Position numbers and translations under genes: made by a program
Shown: piece after piece, positions 51,932 to 60,925 of the stretch
How positions within the stretch are numbered: position 1 is the stretch's first letter
How the letters are laid out: the number at the start of each line of letters is the position of its first letter
Notes under the pieces: model-generated
The model's input: the letters and a program-made list of their open reading frames with translations, nothing else
Told to the model about the DNA's origin: nothing
Database searches by the model: none
DNA from: Planctomycetota bacterium
GTDB lineage: Bacteria; Planctomycetota; MHYJ01; WSZJ01; JACPWG01
NCBI GenBank assembly: GCA_016197205.1
Contig: JACPWG010000133.1
Coordinates: forward strand, 2,777-66,776
DNA: 64,000 bases
Direction of reading: 5' to 3'

Positions 51932-52351
51932 ATGGCGAACGACGCGCTGCCGGTTTCGATGGGGACGGCCGAGGGTCTATACGCGGCGCTGAAGCCGGTG
52001 TTCGAGGAGCTGATCCGGGCCGGGGAGGGCGTGGAGCTGGCGTCGCAGGCGAAGCTGATCATCCGGTTCAAGTTCAGCGCGCCGGAGGCGGAGCTGGTGC
52101 TGAACTGCCGGAAGAAGCCGGTGGAGCTGGGGTGCGGCGCGTCGCAGGTGCGGTCAAACCTGGACCTCGTGATGCCGGCGGCGACGCTGCACGGGATCCT
52201 GACCGGGCGGACGAAGCTCGCGGACGCGGTGAAGTCGGGGGGGCTGAAGGCGAAGGGGGAGGTGCTGCGGCTGCCGCGGCTGTCGCCGGTGCTCGACGCG
52301 GCGGCGAAGCTCTACACGGCGCGCCTGGCGGCGGGTGGCGAACCCAAGTAG
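51932..52351 (+). CDS. SCP2 sterol/lipid-carrier domain protein
   Basis: 139 aa. LIIRFKFSAPEAELVLNC...LDLVMPAATLHGILTGRTKLADAVKSGGLKAKGE follows the SCP2 pattern. Confidence 0.8.
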   Translation: MANDALPVSMGTAEGLYAALKPVFEELIRAGEGVELASQAKLIIRFKFSAPEAELVLNCRKKPVELGCGASQVRSNLDLVMPAATLHGILTGRTKLADAVKSGGLKAKGEVLRLPRLSPVLDAAAKLYTARLAAGGEPK

Positions 52352-52378
52352 CGGCGGGGCGGGGCGGGGCGCGTGCGG

Positions 52379-53053
52379 CTACTGCTTGTCGCCGCTCGGT
52401 CTACCCTCGTTTGCCGCGGCATTCGGCTTGGCGCCGCGCCCGCGGCGCTTGCGCGCCCGACTCGCGCGAGGACCCTGCGCTTCGAGCGCGGCCATGCGTT
52501 CCTCGAGGTGCTCGACGAGGCGGGTGAGCTTGCGCAGGTCGGCCGGGGCGGGGAGATCGAGGCGGGCGAAGCCCGCCTGGACGCGTGCGGAGATGAGGGC
52601 TTCGATCTTTTCCCAGTTGACGTGGACCTGCTCGGCCAGCGCGTGGCGGAGCGCGTCCACCTGTTCCTTCCCGAGCTGGCCGGCCTCGACCAGCCGGGCG
52701 ACGGCCTCCTCGAGGCGGACGCCCATGCCGCCGTCCTCGGTGGCGAACCACCCGCCGACGACCTTGCGCGCGTAGTCGACGAGCTGCCGGCCGCCGCGCT
52801 GGATGATGTCGGTGAGGACGGAGCGCGGGAGGGAGGACTCGTGTTTTTTTTCCTGCTCGAGCAGGATGTTCGAGAGGGTGACGGTCGTGAGGTCCTCGCC
52901 GGTCTCATGGTCGATGACGCGGACGTCCTGCCCGTCGCGCACACGGTCCTCGATCTGGTCGAGGGTGATGTACCGCTTGGCGCCGGTGTCGTAGAGCTTG
53001 CGGTTCGGATAGCGCTTGATGATCAGGGGCTCGGAGGCGGCCGGCTCGGGCAT
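52379..53053 (-). CDS. phaR: PHA synthesis repressor PhaR with C-terminal phasin-like coiled coil
   Basis: LIIKRYPNRKLYDTGAKRYITLDQIEDRVRDGQDVRVIDHETGEDLT is the PHB_acc_N signature. Confidence 0.9.
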   Translation of the reverse strand: MPEPAASEPLIIKRYPNRKLYDTGAKRYITLDQIEDRVRDGQDVRVIDHETGEDLTTVTLSNILLEQEKKHESSLPRSVLTDIIQRGGRQLVDYARKVVGGWFATEDGGMGVRLEEAVARLVEAGQLGKEQVDALRHALAEQVHVNWEKIEALISARVQAGFARLDLPAPADLRKLTRLVEHLEERMAALEAQGPRASRARKRRGRGAKPNAAANEGRPSGDKQ

Positions 53054-53165
53054 GGGCTTCCTCGCTTCGATCCGTACGTGGCGGGTCCCGGGCGGCGGCC
53101 CCGGGGTGCGAGGCGGCGCGGCGCGTGGGCGACGGCCCGGCGCGCCGCGCCGCGTGTTCGGCGAA

Positions 53166-53534
53166 CTACTTGGCCGCGGACTTCTTGACGAGCTTGTCGA
53201 GCTTCTCGTTCAGCTCTTCGATGCGCTGGGCGAGCGTGGCGACGTCGGACTTGGTCGGGATGTGCATCTTGTGGAAGATGCGCTCGATCCGGTTGTCCAG
53301 GGCGCCCGTGAGCTTGCCGGCGCCGTCCTTGGCGGCCTTCTTCTGGCGGCTGAGCAGGTCGGCGAGAAGCTGCTTGCCGTCCTTCTCCGCGATCTCGCCC
53401 TTGGCGACCAGGCGGCTGATGAAGGTCTCGTACTCCTCCTGCGCGACGGCGACGGCGCCGACGCCGGCGAGGACGATCCGACGGAGCTGGCCGGTCCAGG
53501 TCTTCGACGTGCCGTTCACGGTTTCCTTGTTCAT
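53166..53534 (-). CDS. PHA granule-associated protein (phasin, TIGR01837-like)
   Basis: 122 aa helical protein. IPTKSDVATLAQRIEELNEKLDKL motif. Confidence 0.8.
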   Translation of the reverse strand: MNKETVNGTSKTWTGQLRRIVLAGVGAVAVAQEEYETFISRLVAKGEIAEKDGKQLLADLLSRQKKAAKDGAGKLTGALDNRIERIFHKMHIPTKSDVATLAQRIEELNEKLDKLVKKSAAK

Positions 53535-53641
53535 GGCTCGATCTCCTTCTTGACAGCCCTACCGGGCCCCCGGGTTCCGGAGGGCCCCTGGCGCGGCGCG
53601 CCGCCCGTCCGCCGCCGTCACCGGCGACCTGACGTGCTTCA

Positions 53642-53692
53642 TGACGCACTGCATCATGGCCGTATCATAACGCACTGCGTCATGACTGTCAA
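53642..53692 (-). promoter_or_regulatory. Promoter TTGACA-N17-TATGAT (minus) with two TGAYGCAnTGCGTYA operators
   Basis: Minus strand reads TTGACAGTCATGACGCAGTGCGTTATGAT...TGATGCAGTGCGTCA. One operator fills the spacer and -10; the second covers the predicted start site. Confidence 0.65.
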
Positions 53693-53731
53693 GCGGAATC
53701 TTTCAACTCAGGTATTCACCGTAGACGCGCC

Positions 53732-54160
53732 CTACTCGGCGAGCGCCCCGTAGCCCTTCTCGCGCAGGAACACCGGATAGAGCGCGTAGGCCGGCCGGAT
53801 CGCCGGCAGGAGGGCCAGCAGTTTCGGGATCGGGCCCCGCGCCTTGATCTCGCCTTTCGTCAGCGCGAAGAGCAGGTTCACGCGTCCCAGCCAGAACCGG
53901 TGCGCGACGTCGGCGGACATCTCCATCTCCACGGTCGGGGTCAGCCCGCCGTCCCCGCGCATCCAGGCCACGAAGCAGTCCGGCTCCGCCGGCTTGTCCA
54001 CGCAGTTGATCGTGATGACCGCGTCCGGGTCGCGATACTTGAAACGGATGAGCAGCTTCGCGTTCGCCAGCGTCCCCCCGATCTTCGGGTCGCGCCGCAG
54101 CACGTCGAAGAGCCCGCCGATGCACTCGTACAGGTGCTCGGCGTCACGGAAGACTCCCAT
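53732..54160 (-). CDS. SCP2 domain protein (second copy)
   Basis: 142 aa. LLIRFKYRDPDAVITINC...MSADVAHRFWLGRVNLLFALTKGEIKARG. Confidence 0.8.
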   Translation of the reverse strand: MGVFRDAEHLYECIGGLFDVLRRDPKIGGTLANAKLLIRFKYRDPDAVITINCVDKPAEPDCFVAWMRGDGGLTPTVEMEMSADVAHRFWLGRVNLLFALTKGEIKARGPIPKLLALLPAIRPAYALYPVFLREKGYGALAE

Positions 54161-54334
54161 CGGTCGTTCCCTTCGTTGGGATTGCTGATGGTCGATGGCT
54201 GAATGCTGATGGACCGCCCAGCCCTCGGTTGCTGGTCCGGGTAGCGCCGGAGAACGGTTCGAACGCCATCCCGGTTTTGTCCTTTTCGACGACGGTTGGC
54301 CGCGTACCACCCGCGCACGCGCCCGGCTTCCCCG

Positions 54335-55048
54335 TCACCGCCCTTTGGGATTTGGGCTTTGGGCTTTGGGATTTCGCGCCGCAGCGCCGTTCCCTCCCCC
54401 CGCCTTCGCCCGCCGATGCGCCGCGTCCAGCTTTTTCGGATAGTCGCGCCAGATCCGGTCCAGCCGCGTCAGCTCCCGCTCCATCACCGCCGAGTGGAAC
54501 GGCTCGAGGTTGTCCACGGTACGGAACGTGTCGTACCCCTCCTGCATGAAGTCCGCGAGCTGCGTCGCGCCTTTCAGCTTGGCCACCATCCGCACCAGGC
54601 GCAACACGAAGCCCATGGACCGCCAGCGGCTCATCTTGTGAAAGTACGCCATCGTCTCGCCCAGGAGCTCGATCTGCCGTTTCCGGTCGTCGTAGTTGTC
54701 GGGCAGCCGGTAGGCCAACTCGTACTGCTCCCGCGTGAACTCTTCCCCCACCTCCAGCCGCTCGAGCTGCTCGACGACCAGGTCGTCCAGGCGATCCGTC
54801 AGATCGTTCGCCGCGACCAGCTTGCCGAGCTGCTCCACCACTTCCCCCGGCAGCTTGTCCTGGAAGTACTGGTACAGCTTCTTGAAATCCTCGTCCCGCT
54901 TCGCCTTGTCCCCGGTCGAGTAGAGCTTGTCGAAAAAAAACGCCCCCATCACCCCGTAGAACTCGTCGTTCATGAAGTCGCGATAGGTCTCCTTGAGCCG
55001 CTCGATCTGGTGGAGAATGAGCGCCTCTTTCAGCTTTTTCGACGACAT
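54335..55048 (-). CDS. Helical hypothetical protein (FFFDKLY motif)
   Basis: 237 aa, high GC3. The last ~12 codons (NPKAQSPNPKGR) are encoded by the GGGMTTT heptamer array. Confidence 0.8.
   Translation of the reverse strand: MSSKKLKEALILHQIERLKETYRDFMNDEFYGVMGAFFFDKLYSTGDKAKRDEDFKKLYQYFQDKLPGEVVEQLGKLVAANDLTDRLDDLVVEQLERLEVGEEFTREQYELAYRLPDNYDDRKRQIELLGETMAYFHKMSRWRSMGFVLRLVRMVAKLKGATQLADFMQEGYDTFRTVDNLEPFHSAVMERELTRLDRIWRDYPKKLDAAHRRAKAGGGNGAAARNPKAQSPNPKGR
54343..54375. repeat. (GGGMTTT)4 heptamer array, single arm
   Basis: CTTTGGGATTTGGGCTTTGGGCTTTGGGATTTCG has four GGG tracts with 4-nt spacers. Confidence 0.8.
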
Positions 55049-55065
55049 GCTCGCTGTCCGTTCGC

Positions 55066-56223
55066 TCAGTACGCCTCGCGGAGCAGGCCGAGGAGATCCT
55101 CCTCGGCGGCCTCGCGCGGGTTGTAGAACATCGACCCGTCACACATCGCCGCCTGGGCGACCGCGGGGAGGTCCGCCTCCGGCACGTGCCAGTCCCGCAG
55201 CCTCGGCGGGATCCCGCAATCGACCACGAGCTGCCGGATCCGCGCCACGATCCTCTCGACCTTCGCTTCCGGCGTCCCCGCGCCCGACACCCCCAAGGCC
55301 TCCGCGTACAAGTCCGTCTTCCCCGGGCAGGTCGGCAGGTTGAAGCGCGCGCCGAGCGGCAGCAGGATCGCGTTCGCGACGCCGTGCGGCACGCCGTGCA
55401 GGCCGCCGAGCGCGTGCGCCATCGCGTGCACGCAACAGACGCCCGCGTTCGAGAACGCCGCGCCGGCCATCGTGGCCGCCACGACCATCCGGCCGCGCAC
55501 GCCGAGGTCGCTCCCCTCCTGCACCGCGCGCACGACGTTTTCCGCCAGCATGCGCATCGCCAGGAAACCGATCGCGTCCGTCATCGGCGTCCCGCCCGCG
55601 GAGAAGCAGGCCTCCACCGCGTGCGTGAGCGCGTCCATCCCGGTCGCCGCGGTCAGGCGCGGCGGCATCGAGACGGTCAGCTCCGGGTCCAGGAGCGCGG
55701 TGGCGGAGGGGAGGTGGGGGCTGACGAACGTGACCTTCTGGTGCGACTCGTTGTCCTTGATCACCGCGAAGCGCGAAACCTCGCTCCCGGTCCCCGCCGT
55801 CGTCGGGATCGACACGAGCGGCCACAGCGGGCCCGGGATGACGTTCACGCCCTGGTGGTCGAGCAGCTTCCCCCCCGCCCCGAGCAGGACGTTCATCGCC
55901 TTCGCCGTGTCCATGACGCTGCCGCCGCCGAGCGCGACGAGGGAGTCGGCGCCGGCCGCCCGCGCCAGCTCCGCGCCCCGCTCCACCGCCAGCACGTCCG
56001 AGTCGCGCGGCGTCTCGTCGTACACGCCCGCGACCTCCACGCCGCTTCCCGCCAGCCGCCCCAGCACGCGCTCGACGACGCCCGCCTCCCGGAGCGGCCG
56101 GTCGGTGATCACGAACGGGCGCTTCCGGCTCAGCTTGCCCAGCTCGTCGGCCAGCAAACCCGCGGCGCCGTTCTGGAAGACGATCCGGGTGGGGAGCTGG
56201 AATTCGAAGAACTCGGGCAACAT
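55066..56223 (-). CDS. Iron-containing (group III) alcohol dehydrogenase
   Basis: GGGSVMDTAK, PTTAGTGSE and His-rich metal site HAMAHALGGLHGVPHG. ATG 56223 has a GGAG upstream; ATG 56244 is an alternative. Confidence 0.9.
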   Translation of the reverse strand: MLPEFFEFQLPTRIVFQNGAAGLLADELGKLSRKRPFVITDRPLREAGVVERVLGRLAGSGVEVAGVYDETPRDSDVLAVERGAELARAAGADSLVALGGGSVMDTAKAMNVLLGAGGKLLDHQGVNVIPGPLWPLVSIPTTAGTGSEVSRFAVIKDNESHQKVTFVSPHLPSATALLDPELTVSMPPRLTAATGMDALTHAVEACFSAGGTPMTDAIGFLAMRMLAENVVRAVQEGSDLGVRGRMVVAATMAGAAFSNAGVCCVHAMAHALGGLHGVPHGVANAILLPLGARFNLPTCPGKTDLYAEALGVSGAGTPEAKVERIVARIRQLVVDCGIPPRLRDWHVPEADLPAVAQAAMCDGSMFYNPREAAEEDLLGLLREAY

Positions 56224-56263
56224 GCCGGGACTCTCCCCTACCATGAAGACGTGCGAGCGGCAT

Positions 56264-56298
56264 CCGGCGTCCGGCGTCCGGCGTCCGGCGTCCGGCGT
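56264..56298. repeat. Tandem (CCGGCGT)5 heptamer repeat
   Basis: Five perfect units in the predicted 5' leader of the ADH gene. Confidence 0.9.
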
Positions 56299-56349
56299 CC
56301 GAGAGCCCCGCTTGGGGGGGGGAAGGCCGCGCCGTAATGAATATTCGTT

Positions 56350-56378
56350 CTAATAACGCAGTGCGTCAGGGTTGTCAA
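56350..56378 (-). promoter_or_regulatory. Promoter TTGACA-N17-TATTAG (minus) with operator TGACGCACTGCGTTA in the spacer
   Basis: Minus strand reads TTGACAACCCTGACGCACTGCGTTATTAG. Same layout as the phasin promoter. Confidence 0.6.
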
Positions 56379-56501
56379 TATTTTTTTAGACAGCCCCGCC
56401 GGGCGAATGCTAGACTCGCCTTCGACTCGGCGTCGACGTCGAGGTTCTCTCCTTCCCGCCCGCGGGAACTCCGCGGCGCGCACGGCCGGAGGTTCGTTTT
56501 C

Positions 56502-57401
56502 ATGCCTCACATCGACATCCGAGGGGTCTCGCTCCATTACGAAGACGCCGGGCAGGGGCCCGTCGTGCTCTTCGTCCATGGCTGGGCGGCCTCCTGGAAA
56601 TTCTGGCGCTCCGCCGCGGCCCTGCTCGCTCCGCGCTTCCGCACGATCAGCGTCGACCTCGCGGGCTTCTGCGGCTCGGCGAAGCCCGCGGGCGCGGCCC
56701 ACTACACCATCGAGGCGCAGGCCGTCCGGCTCCGCGGGCTCCTCGACGCCCTGGAAATCCCCAAAGTCCACCTCGTCGGCCATTCCATGGGCAGCATGAT
56801 CTCCGCCGTCTTCGCGGTCTGCTTTCCGCACCGGCTGCACAGCCTCACGCTCGTCAACGGACCGGTCGAGGGGCCCACCTGCCTCTTCCCGAAGTCCCGC
56901 CTGCTCGTGCTCCCCGGCGTGCGCCGGCTGATGTTCACGCTCGCGCGCATCCGGCCCATCCGGCGCTGGGTGGCCAAGGACTTCACCCACGCCTGCCCCC
57001 TCCCCGACGAGCTCGTCGACGACATCATCGACACGACCTTCGAATCGGCCTTCGCCTCGCTCGACTCGATGATCGCCACGAACGTCGCGCCGCGGCTCGC
57101 GGAGATCGCCTGCCCCACGCTCGTCGTGTATACGGACCGCGACCTCGTGATCCGCGCGCGGCAATCCGAGCTGGCCCGCGAGCGCGTGGCCGGCGCTCGT
57201 TCCGGCTACGTCGCCGACGCCGGGCACTGCCCGATGATCGAGCGGCCCGCGGTCTTCGAAAAGTACCTCCAGAACTTCCTGTCGTCCGTCCCGTCCGTAC
57301 CCCCGACCGCCGCCGCGTCCGGAACCGCTTCCGCCGAGTCGTCCGCGGCGACGGGCGGCGCGAATCGCGCCGAGGCGGTGGCGGCGCCGAGGCCACGGTG
57401 A
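56502..57401 (+). CDS. Alpha/beta hydrolase
   Basis: VLFVHGW and the nucleophile elbow GHSMGS. GGAGG lies upstream of the ATG. Confidence 0.85.
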   Translation: MPHIDIRGVSLHYEDAGQGPVVLFVHGWAASWKFWRSAAALLAPRFRTISVDLAGFCGSAKPAGAAHYTIEAQAVRLRGLLDALEIPKVHLVGHSMGSMISAVFAVCFPHRLHSLTLVNGPVEGPTCLFPKSRLLVLPGVRRLMFTLARIRPIRRWVAKDFTHACPLPDELVDDIIDTTFESAFASLDSMIATNVAPRLAEIACPTLVVYTDRDLVIRARQSELARERVAGARSGYVADAGHCPMIERPAVFEKYLQNFLSSVPSVPPTAAASGTASAESSAATGGANRAEAVAAPRPR

Positions 57402-58423
57402 GCCCGCTCCCGCCGGCGCCGGCGTCGCCGCGAACGTCCCCGACCGCGCGCGGCTCCCGTTGCCACGGCGTTTTCCGGCGCGGACCCTCCCCTGCCCGAC
57501 GGTTTCTCGCTTGCTGGGTCGCCTTCATGCTGCTCGTGCCCTCCTACGTCGCCGCCGCGGCGCCCTCGACCTGGCGGCAGCGCCAGCGCGAGCTAGGGGT
57601 CGCGAAGACCGTCGCCGTCGGTCCCCTGGAGGTCCACTACCTCGAGCGCGGCTCCGGGCCCGCGATCGTCTTTCTGCACGGGTACGGCGGCTCGGCCTTC
57701 GACTGGCGCCATCAGCTCGAACCCTTCGCGGCCGCGGGCTTCCGCGCCCTCGCCCTCGACCTGAAGGGGGCGGGGTACACGAGCCGGCCGCCCGACGGCC
57801 GATACGCGGTCGAGGACCAGGTGGAGCTGGTGCTCGGTTTCCTCGAGGCGCTGGGCATTCAGCGCGCGCACTTCGTCGGCAACTCCTACGGCGGCGGTAT
57901 CACGCTCGCCCTCGCGCTCCTCCACCCCGAACGCGCGGACAAGCTCGTCCTTCTCGACTCGATGAGCTACCGCCAGCGCTTCCCGCTTTTCGTCGCCACG
58001 ATGCTGCACCCCGTGCTCGCGCGCCTCTCCGCGGCCCTCGTACCGGACGCACTGCAAGTTCGCTACGTGCTCCACCTGGGCTACTGCGAGCCCCGCAAGA
58101 TCCCGCGCGAGGTGGTGAGGGAGTACGTCCACGATCTCCGCATCCCCGGGAATCGGGAAGCGCTCGGCTGGATGGCGCGGCAGCTCTTGCCGGCGGACAT
58201 CGAGGAGCGGGAGCGGGCGATCGCCACCGTGAGGAAGCCGACGCTCATCCTCTGGGGGGACCACGACCGGATCATCCCGATCGCGAACGGCGAGCGGTTG
58301 CACCGCGACATCCGGGGCTCGCGCTACGTCGTGCTTGAGAAGTGCGGGCACATGCCGAACCAGGAAAAGCCGGAGGTGGTGAACCCGCTGATCGTGGAGT
58401 TCCTCCGGGGCGACGGCCTCTGA
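57398..58423 (+). CDS. Alpha/beta hydrolase with N-terminal signal/TM
   Basis: IVFLHGYGGS, GNSYGG and C-terminal CGHMP. GTG start overlaps the upstream stop (GTGA). Confidence 0.85.
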   Translation: MSPLPPAPASPRTSPTARGSRCHGVFRRGPSPARRFLACWVAFMLLVPSYVAAAAPSTWRQRQRELGVAKTVAVGPLEVHYLERGSGPAIVFLHGYGGSAFDWRHQLEPFAAAGFRALALDLKGAGYTSRPPDGRYAVEDQVELVLGFLEALGIQRAHFVGNSYGGGITLALALLHPERADKLVLLDSMSYRQRFPLFVATMLHPVLARLSAALVPDALQVRYVLHLGYCEPRKIPREVVREYVHDLRIPGNREALGWMARQLLPADIEERERAIATVRKPTLILWGDHDRIIPIANGERLHRDIRGSRYVVLEKCGHMPNQEKPEVVNPLIVEFLRGDGL

Positions 58424-58587
58424 GTACCGCTCCACGGAAGTCGGTGACCAATAGGCAAAGGCAAGTTTGGCCGCCCGCTAGGCGCGCGAGCGAGGCGTAG
58501 TAACGGAGAACTACGGCGAGCGAGCGCAACGACGCGGGCGGCCAAAATCGCCGAGAAAATCGGTCACCCAATTGCGTGGGGCGGTAC
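58424..58587 (+). repeat. R1 family MITE-like element, copy c
   Basis: Begins the base after the hydrolase stop codon. Confidence 0.8.
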
Positions 58588-58749
58588 GGAGGCGAGGGGA
58601 GGGCCGCCGGAGGTTGGGCTGCGGCCAAACGGGAACCGAAAGGACGAGCCACCGAAAACGCTGAAGCCGCCGAACGTCTTCGATCCCTGTTCGTGGAATT
58701 TGAAGTTTGCCGGTCTCTTGTTACGCGTCCGATAAAGAAGTAGGGAGCC

Positions 58750-59655
58750 ATGCTCGATCCGGCGCTGACGCAGTTCCTGGACTATCTGTCGGTGGAGTGC
58801 GGACTCGCGGCGAACACGCGGCTCGCGTACGAGAGTGATCTGCGCGCGGTGGAGCGGTTTCTCGACGGTCGCGGCCGGGGACCGGTGGGACCGGGTCAAG
58901 TGACGCCGGAGGACGTGATCCGGCACTTGGAGGCGGAGAGAAGGCGCGGGCAGGCCCCCAACTCCGTCTCACGGGCCCTGGTCGCCACCAAGATGTTCTT
59001 CCGCTTCTGCGTGACCGAGCGCCTGATTCCCTCCGATCCGACGTCCTTCCACGAGTCGCCGCGCATGTGGCGGCACTTGCCGGACGTGCTCGGGCTCCCG
59101 GAGGTCGAGACCCTCATCGAGGCCACCGACCCTTCGACCGCGGTCGGCCTCCGGGATCGCGCCATCCTGGAGATGCTCTACGCGACCGGCGCGCGGGCCT
59201 CGGAGGTCGCGTCGCTCTCCTTTCCGAACCTGCACCTCGCGGAAGGCTACGTCCGGCTGTTCGGAAAGGGTTCGCGCGAGCGAATCGTGCCGGTCGGCAG
59301 GCGGGCACGGGAGGCGGTGGAGGCGTACGTGCGGGACGGCCGGCCGGGGCTCGCACGGGACGCTGCCGGCAAGGCGGGGGACGCGGTTTTCCTTTCGCGC
59401 CGTGGCGGCGCGATCACCCGCAACACGATCTGGCGGGTCGTCGAGCGCGCGGCCCGCGTCGGCGGCCTGCGGGCGGGCGTGCACCCGCACATCCTCCGAC
59501 ACTCCTTCGCCACCCACCTCCTCGAGCACGGCGCCGACCTGCGCCACGTCCAGGAGCTCCTGGGCCACGCGAGCGTCGCGACGACGCAGCTCTACACGCA
59601 CGTGGACCGGGAGCGGCTCAAGTCGATCCACCGGAAGTTCCATCCCCGGTCGTGA
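58750..59655 (+). CDS. xerD: Tyrosine recombinase XerD/XerC
   Basis: RDRAILEMLYATGARASE, HPHILRHSFATHLLEHGADLRHVQELLGHASVATTQLYTHV with the catalytic R..HxxR..Y. Confidence 0.85.
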   Translation: MLDPALTQFLDYLSVECGLAANTRLAYESDLRAVERFLDGRGRGPVGPGQVTPEDVIRHLEAERRRGQAPNSVSRALVATKMFFRFCVTERLIPSDPTSFHESPRMWRHLPDVLGLPEVETLIEATDPSTAVGLRDRAILEMLYATGARASEVASLSFPNLHLAEGYVRLFGKGSRERIVPVGRRAREAVEAYVRDGRPGLARDAAGKAGDAVFLSRRGGAITRNTIWRVVERAARVGGLRAGVHPHILRHSFATHLLEHGADLRHVQELLGHASVATTQLYTHVDRERLKSIHRKFHPRS

Positions 59656-59728
59656 CGGCGAGCGAAGGGCAGTGCGCCACGGGGCTCCAGCGACCCCGCA
59701 CCGTGATCGGTACTTCGGCCGTCGGAAC

Positions 59729-60925
59729 CTACTTCCCCCCGCCGGCCTTCGCTCCCCCGGCGTCCTTCCCGCCGGCGTCCGGCGGCTTCGGCGTCTCACC
59801 CGGCTTCAGGCCCTCCGGCGCCGCCGCGGGCTTCGGCGAACGCGGCAGCGCGGACGCCCACTTGTACCACGCCGCCAGCTCGTCCTTCGGGTTCGGCGGC
59901 AGGTCGTGGGCGATCGGGTACTCCTTGTACAACAGCGACACGCCCGCCCCTTCCGCGTCCGCCTTCGCCTGCCGCGCCTGCGGCAGGAACTTCGCATCCT
60001 TCTCGCCCGCGAAGAGCGCCACCCCAAGGCCCGCCGCCTTCGCTCCGACCAGCGCATCCTTCATCCGCTCCGAGCTGTAGTCCCCGCACATCGACAGCAC
60101 GCCCGCGAAGGTCTCCGGCGTGTGCAGCGCGACTTGCAGCGCCGTCGTCCCGCCCAGCGAGAAGCCCGCCAGATACACGTGCGTCTCGTCCACCTCGTAG
60201 TCGTCCTGCACCTTCGAGATGACCTCGATGAAAAGGTCCGGGCTCGAGCCTTCCCAGGAGAAGCCCGCCCCGGGGACCGCGTGCGGCCCCTGCGGACAAG
60301 CCACCATGACGCCCGCCGATTCCGCCAGCTCGCGCCACAGGTTCGCGAAGACCTTCGACTCGCCGCCGTTGCCGTGCAATGCGACGATGAGCGGGGTCGG
60401 CTTCGTCTTGTCGATCATTTTGGGCACCACCAGCTCGTACTGCAGCTCGCCGGGCGGCGCGGTGTCGGCCACGGCCGCCTTCAGGCCCGCCAGCGCGTCT
60501 TGGTAGCCCTTTTCCGTGCGGATCGCATCGAGGTCCGTGTCCTTCTCGATGTGCTCGACGTCCAGGAAGCCCTTCTCGACGGACTTCCGCAGCCACTCGA
60601 TCGCCTCCGGCTTCTTCCCGAGACGCGCGTAGCAGCATGCGATGTTGTAGTACGAGGTCGGGTCGTCCGGCGCGGCCTCGATCGCCTTCTTGAAGGAGGC
60701 GATCCCCTCCTCGAACTGTCCCTTGTCGATGGCGTCCATGCCCGCCTGGAAGTTCGTGTCGAAGGCCTTTTCCCGGGCGTCGCCGCCGGCGGCGCCGCCT
60801 CCCGCGCCCCCGCCGCCGTCCGCGGGCGCCTGGGCGAAAAGGGGGAGCGCGCAGGCCAGAAAGAGCGCCGGCAGCAGCAGCGAAACGGATCGAATACGCG
60901 GCATCGGGCGAACTCCTTTTTTCAT
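59729..60925 (-). CDS. Secreted TPR plus carboxylesterase/phospholipase-type alpha/beta hydrolase
   Basis: Signal peptide, TPR segment YYNIACCYARLGK, then LIVALHGNGG and GFSLGG. Confidence 0.8.
   Translation of the reverse strand: MKKGVRPMPRIRSVSLLLPALFLACALPLFAQAPADGGGGAGGGAAGGDAREKAFDTNFQAGMDAIDKGQFEEGIASFKKAIEAAPDDPTSYYNIACCYARLGKKPEAIEWLRKSVEKGFLDVEHIEKDTDLDAIRTEKGYQDALAGLKAAVADTAPPGELQYELVVPKMIDKTKPTPLIVALHGNGGESKVFANLWRELAESAGVMVACPQGPHAVPGAGFSWEGSSPDLFIEVISKVQDDYEVDETHVYLAGFSLGGTTALQVALHTPETFAGVLSMCGDYSSERMKDALVGAKAAGLGVALFAGEKDAKFLPQARQAKADAEGAGVSLLYKEYPIAHDLPPNPKDELAAWYKWASALPRSPKPAAAPEGLKPGETPKPPDAGGKDAGGAKAGGGK

Noticed and set aside
52352-52378. G-quadruplex or terminator in the 27-nt convergent gap (GGGGCGGGGCGGGGCG)
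   Set aside because: Only three clean G-tracts are present. The flanking GTAGC/GCTAC stem is short and no U-tract follows, so there is too little evidence to call a feature.
58424-59655. Integrated mobile element boundary marked by the tyrosine recombinase
   Set aside because: The recombinase has the full XerC/D-type sequence pattern. No phage, plasmid or transposase genes and no att-like direct repeats flank it. The adjacent R1 repeat is a dispersed element found at two other unrelated loci.
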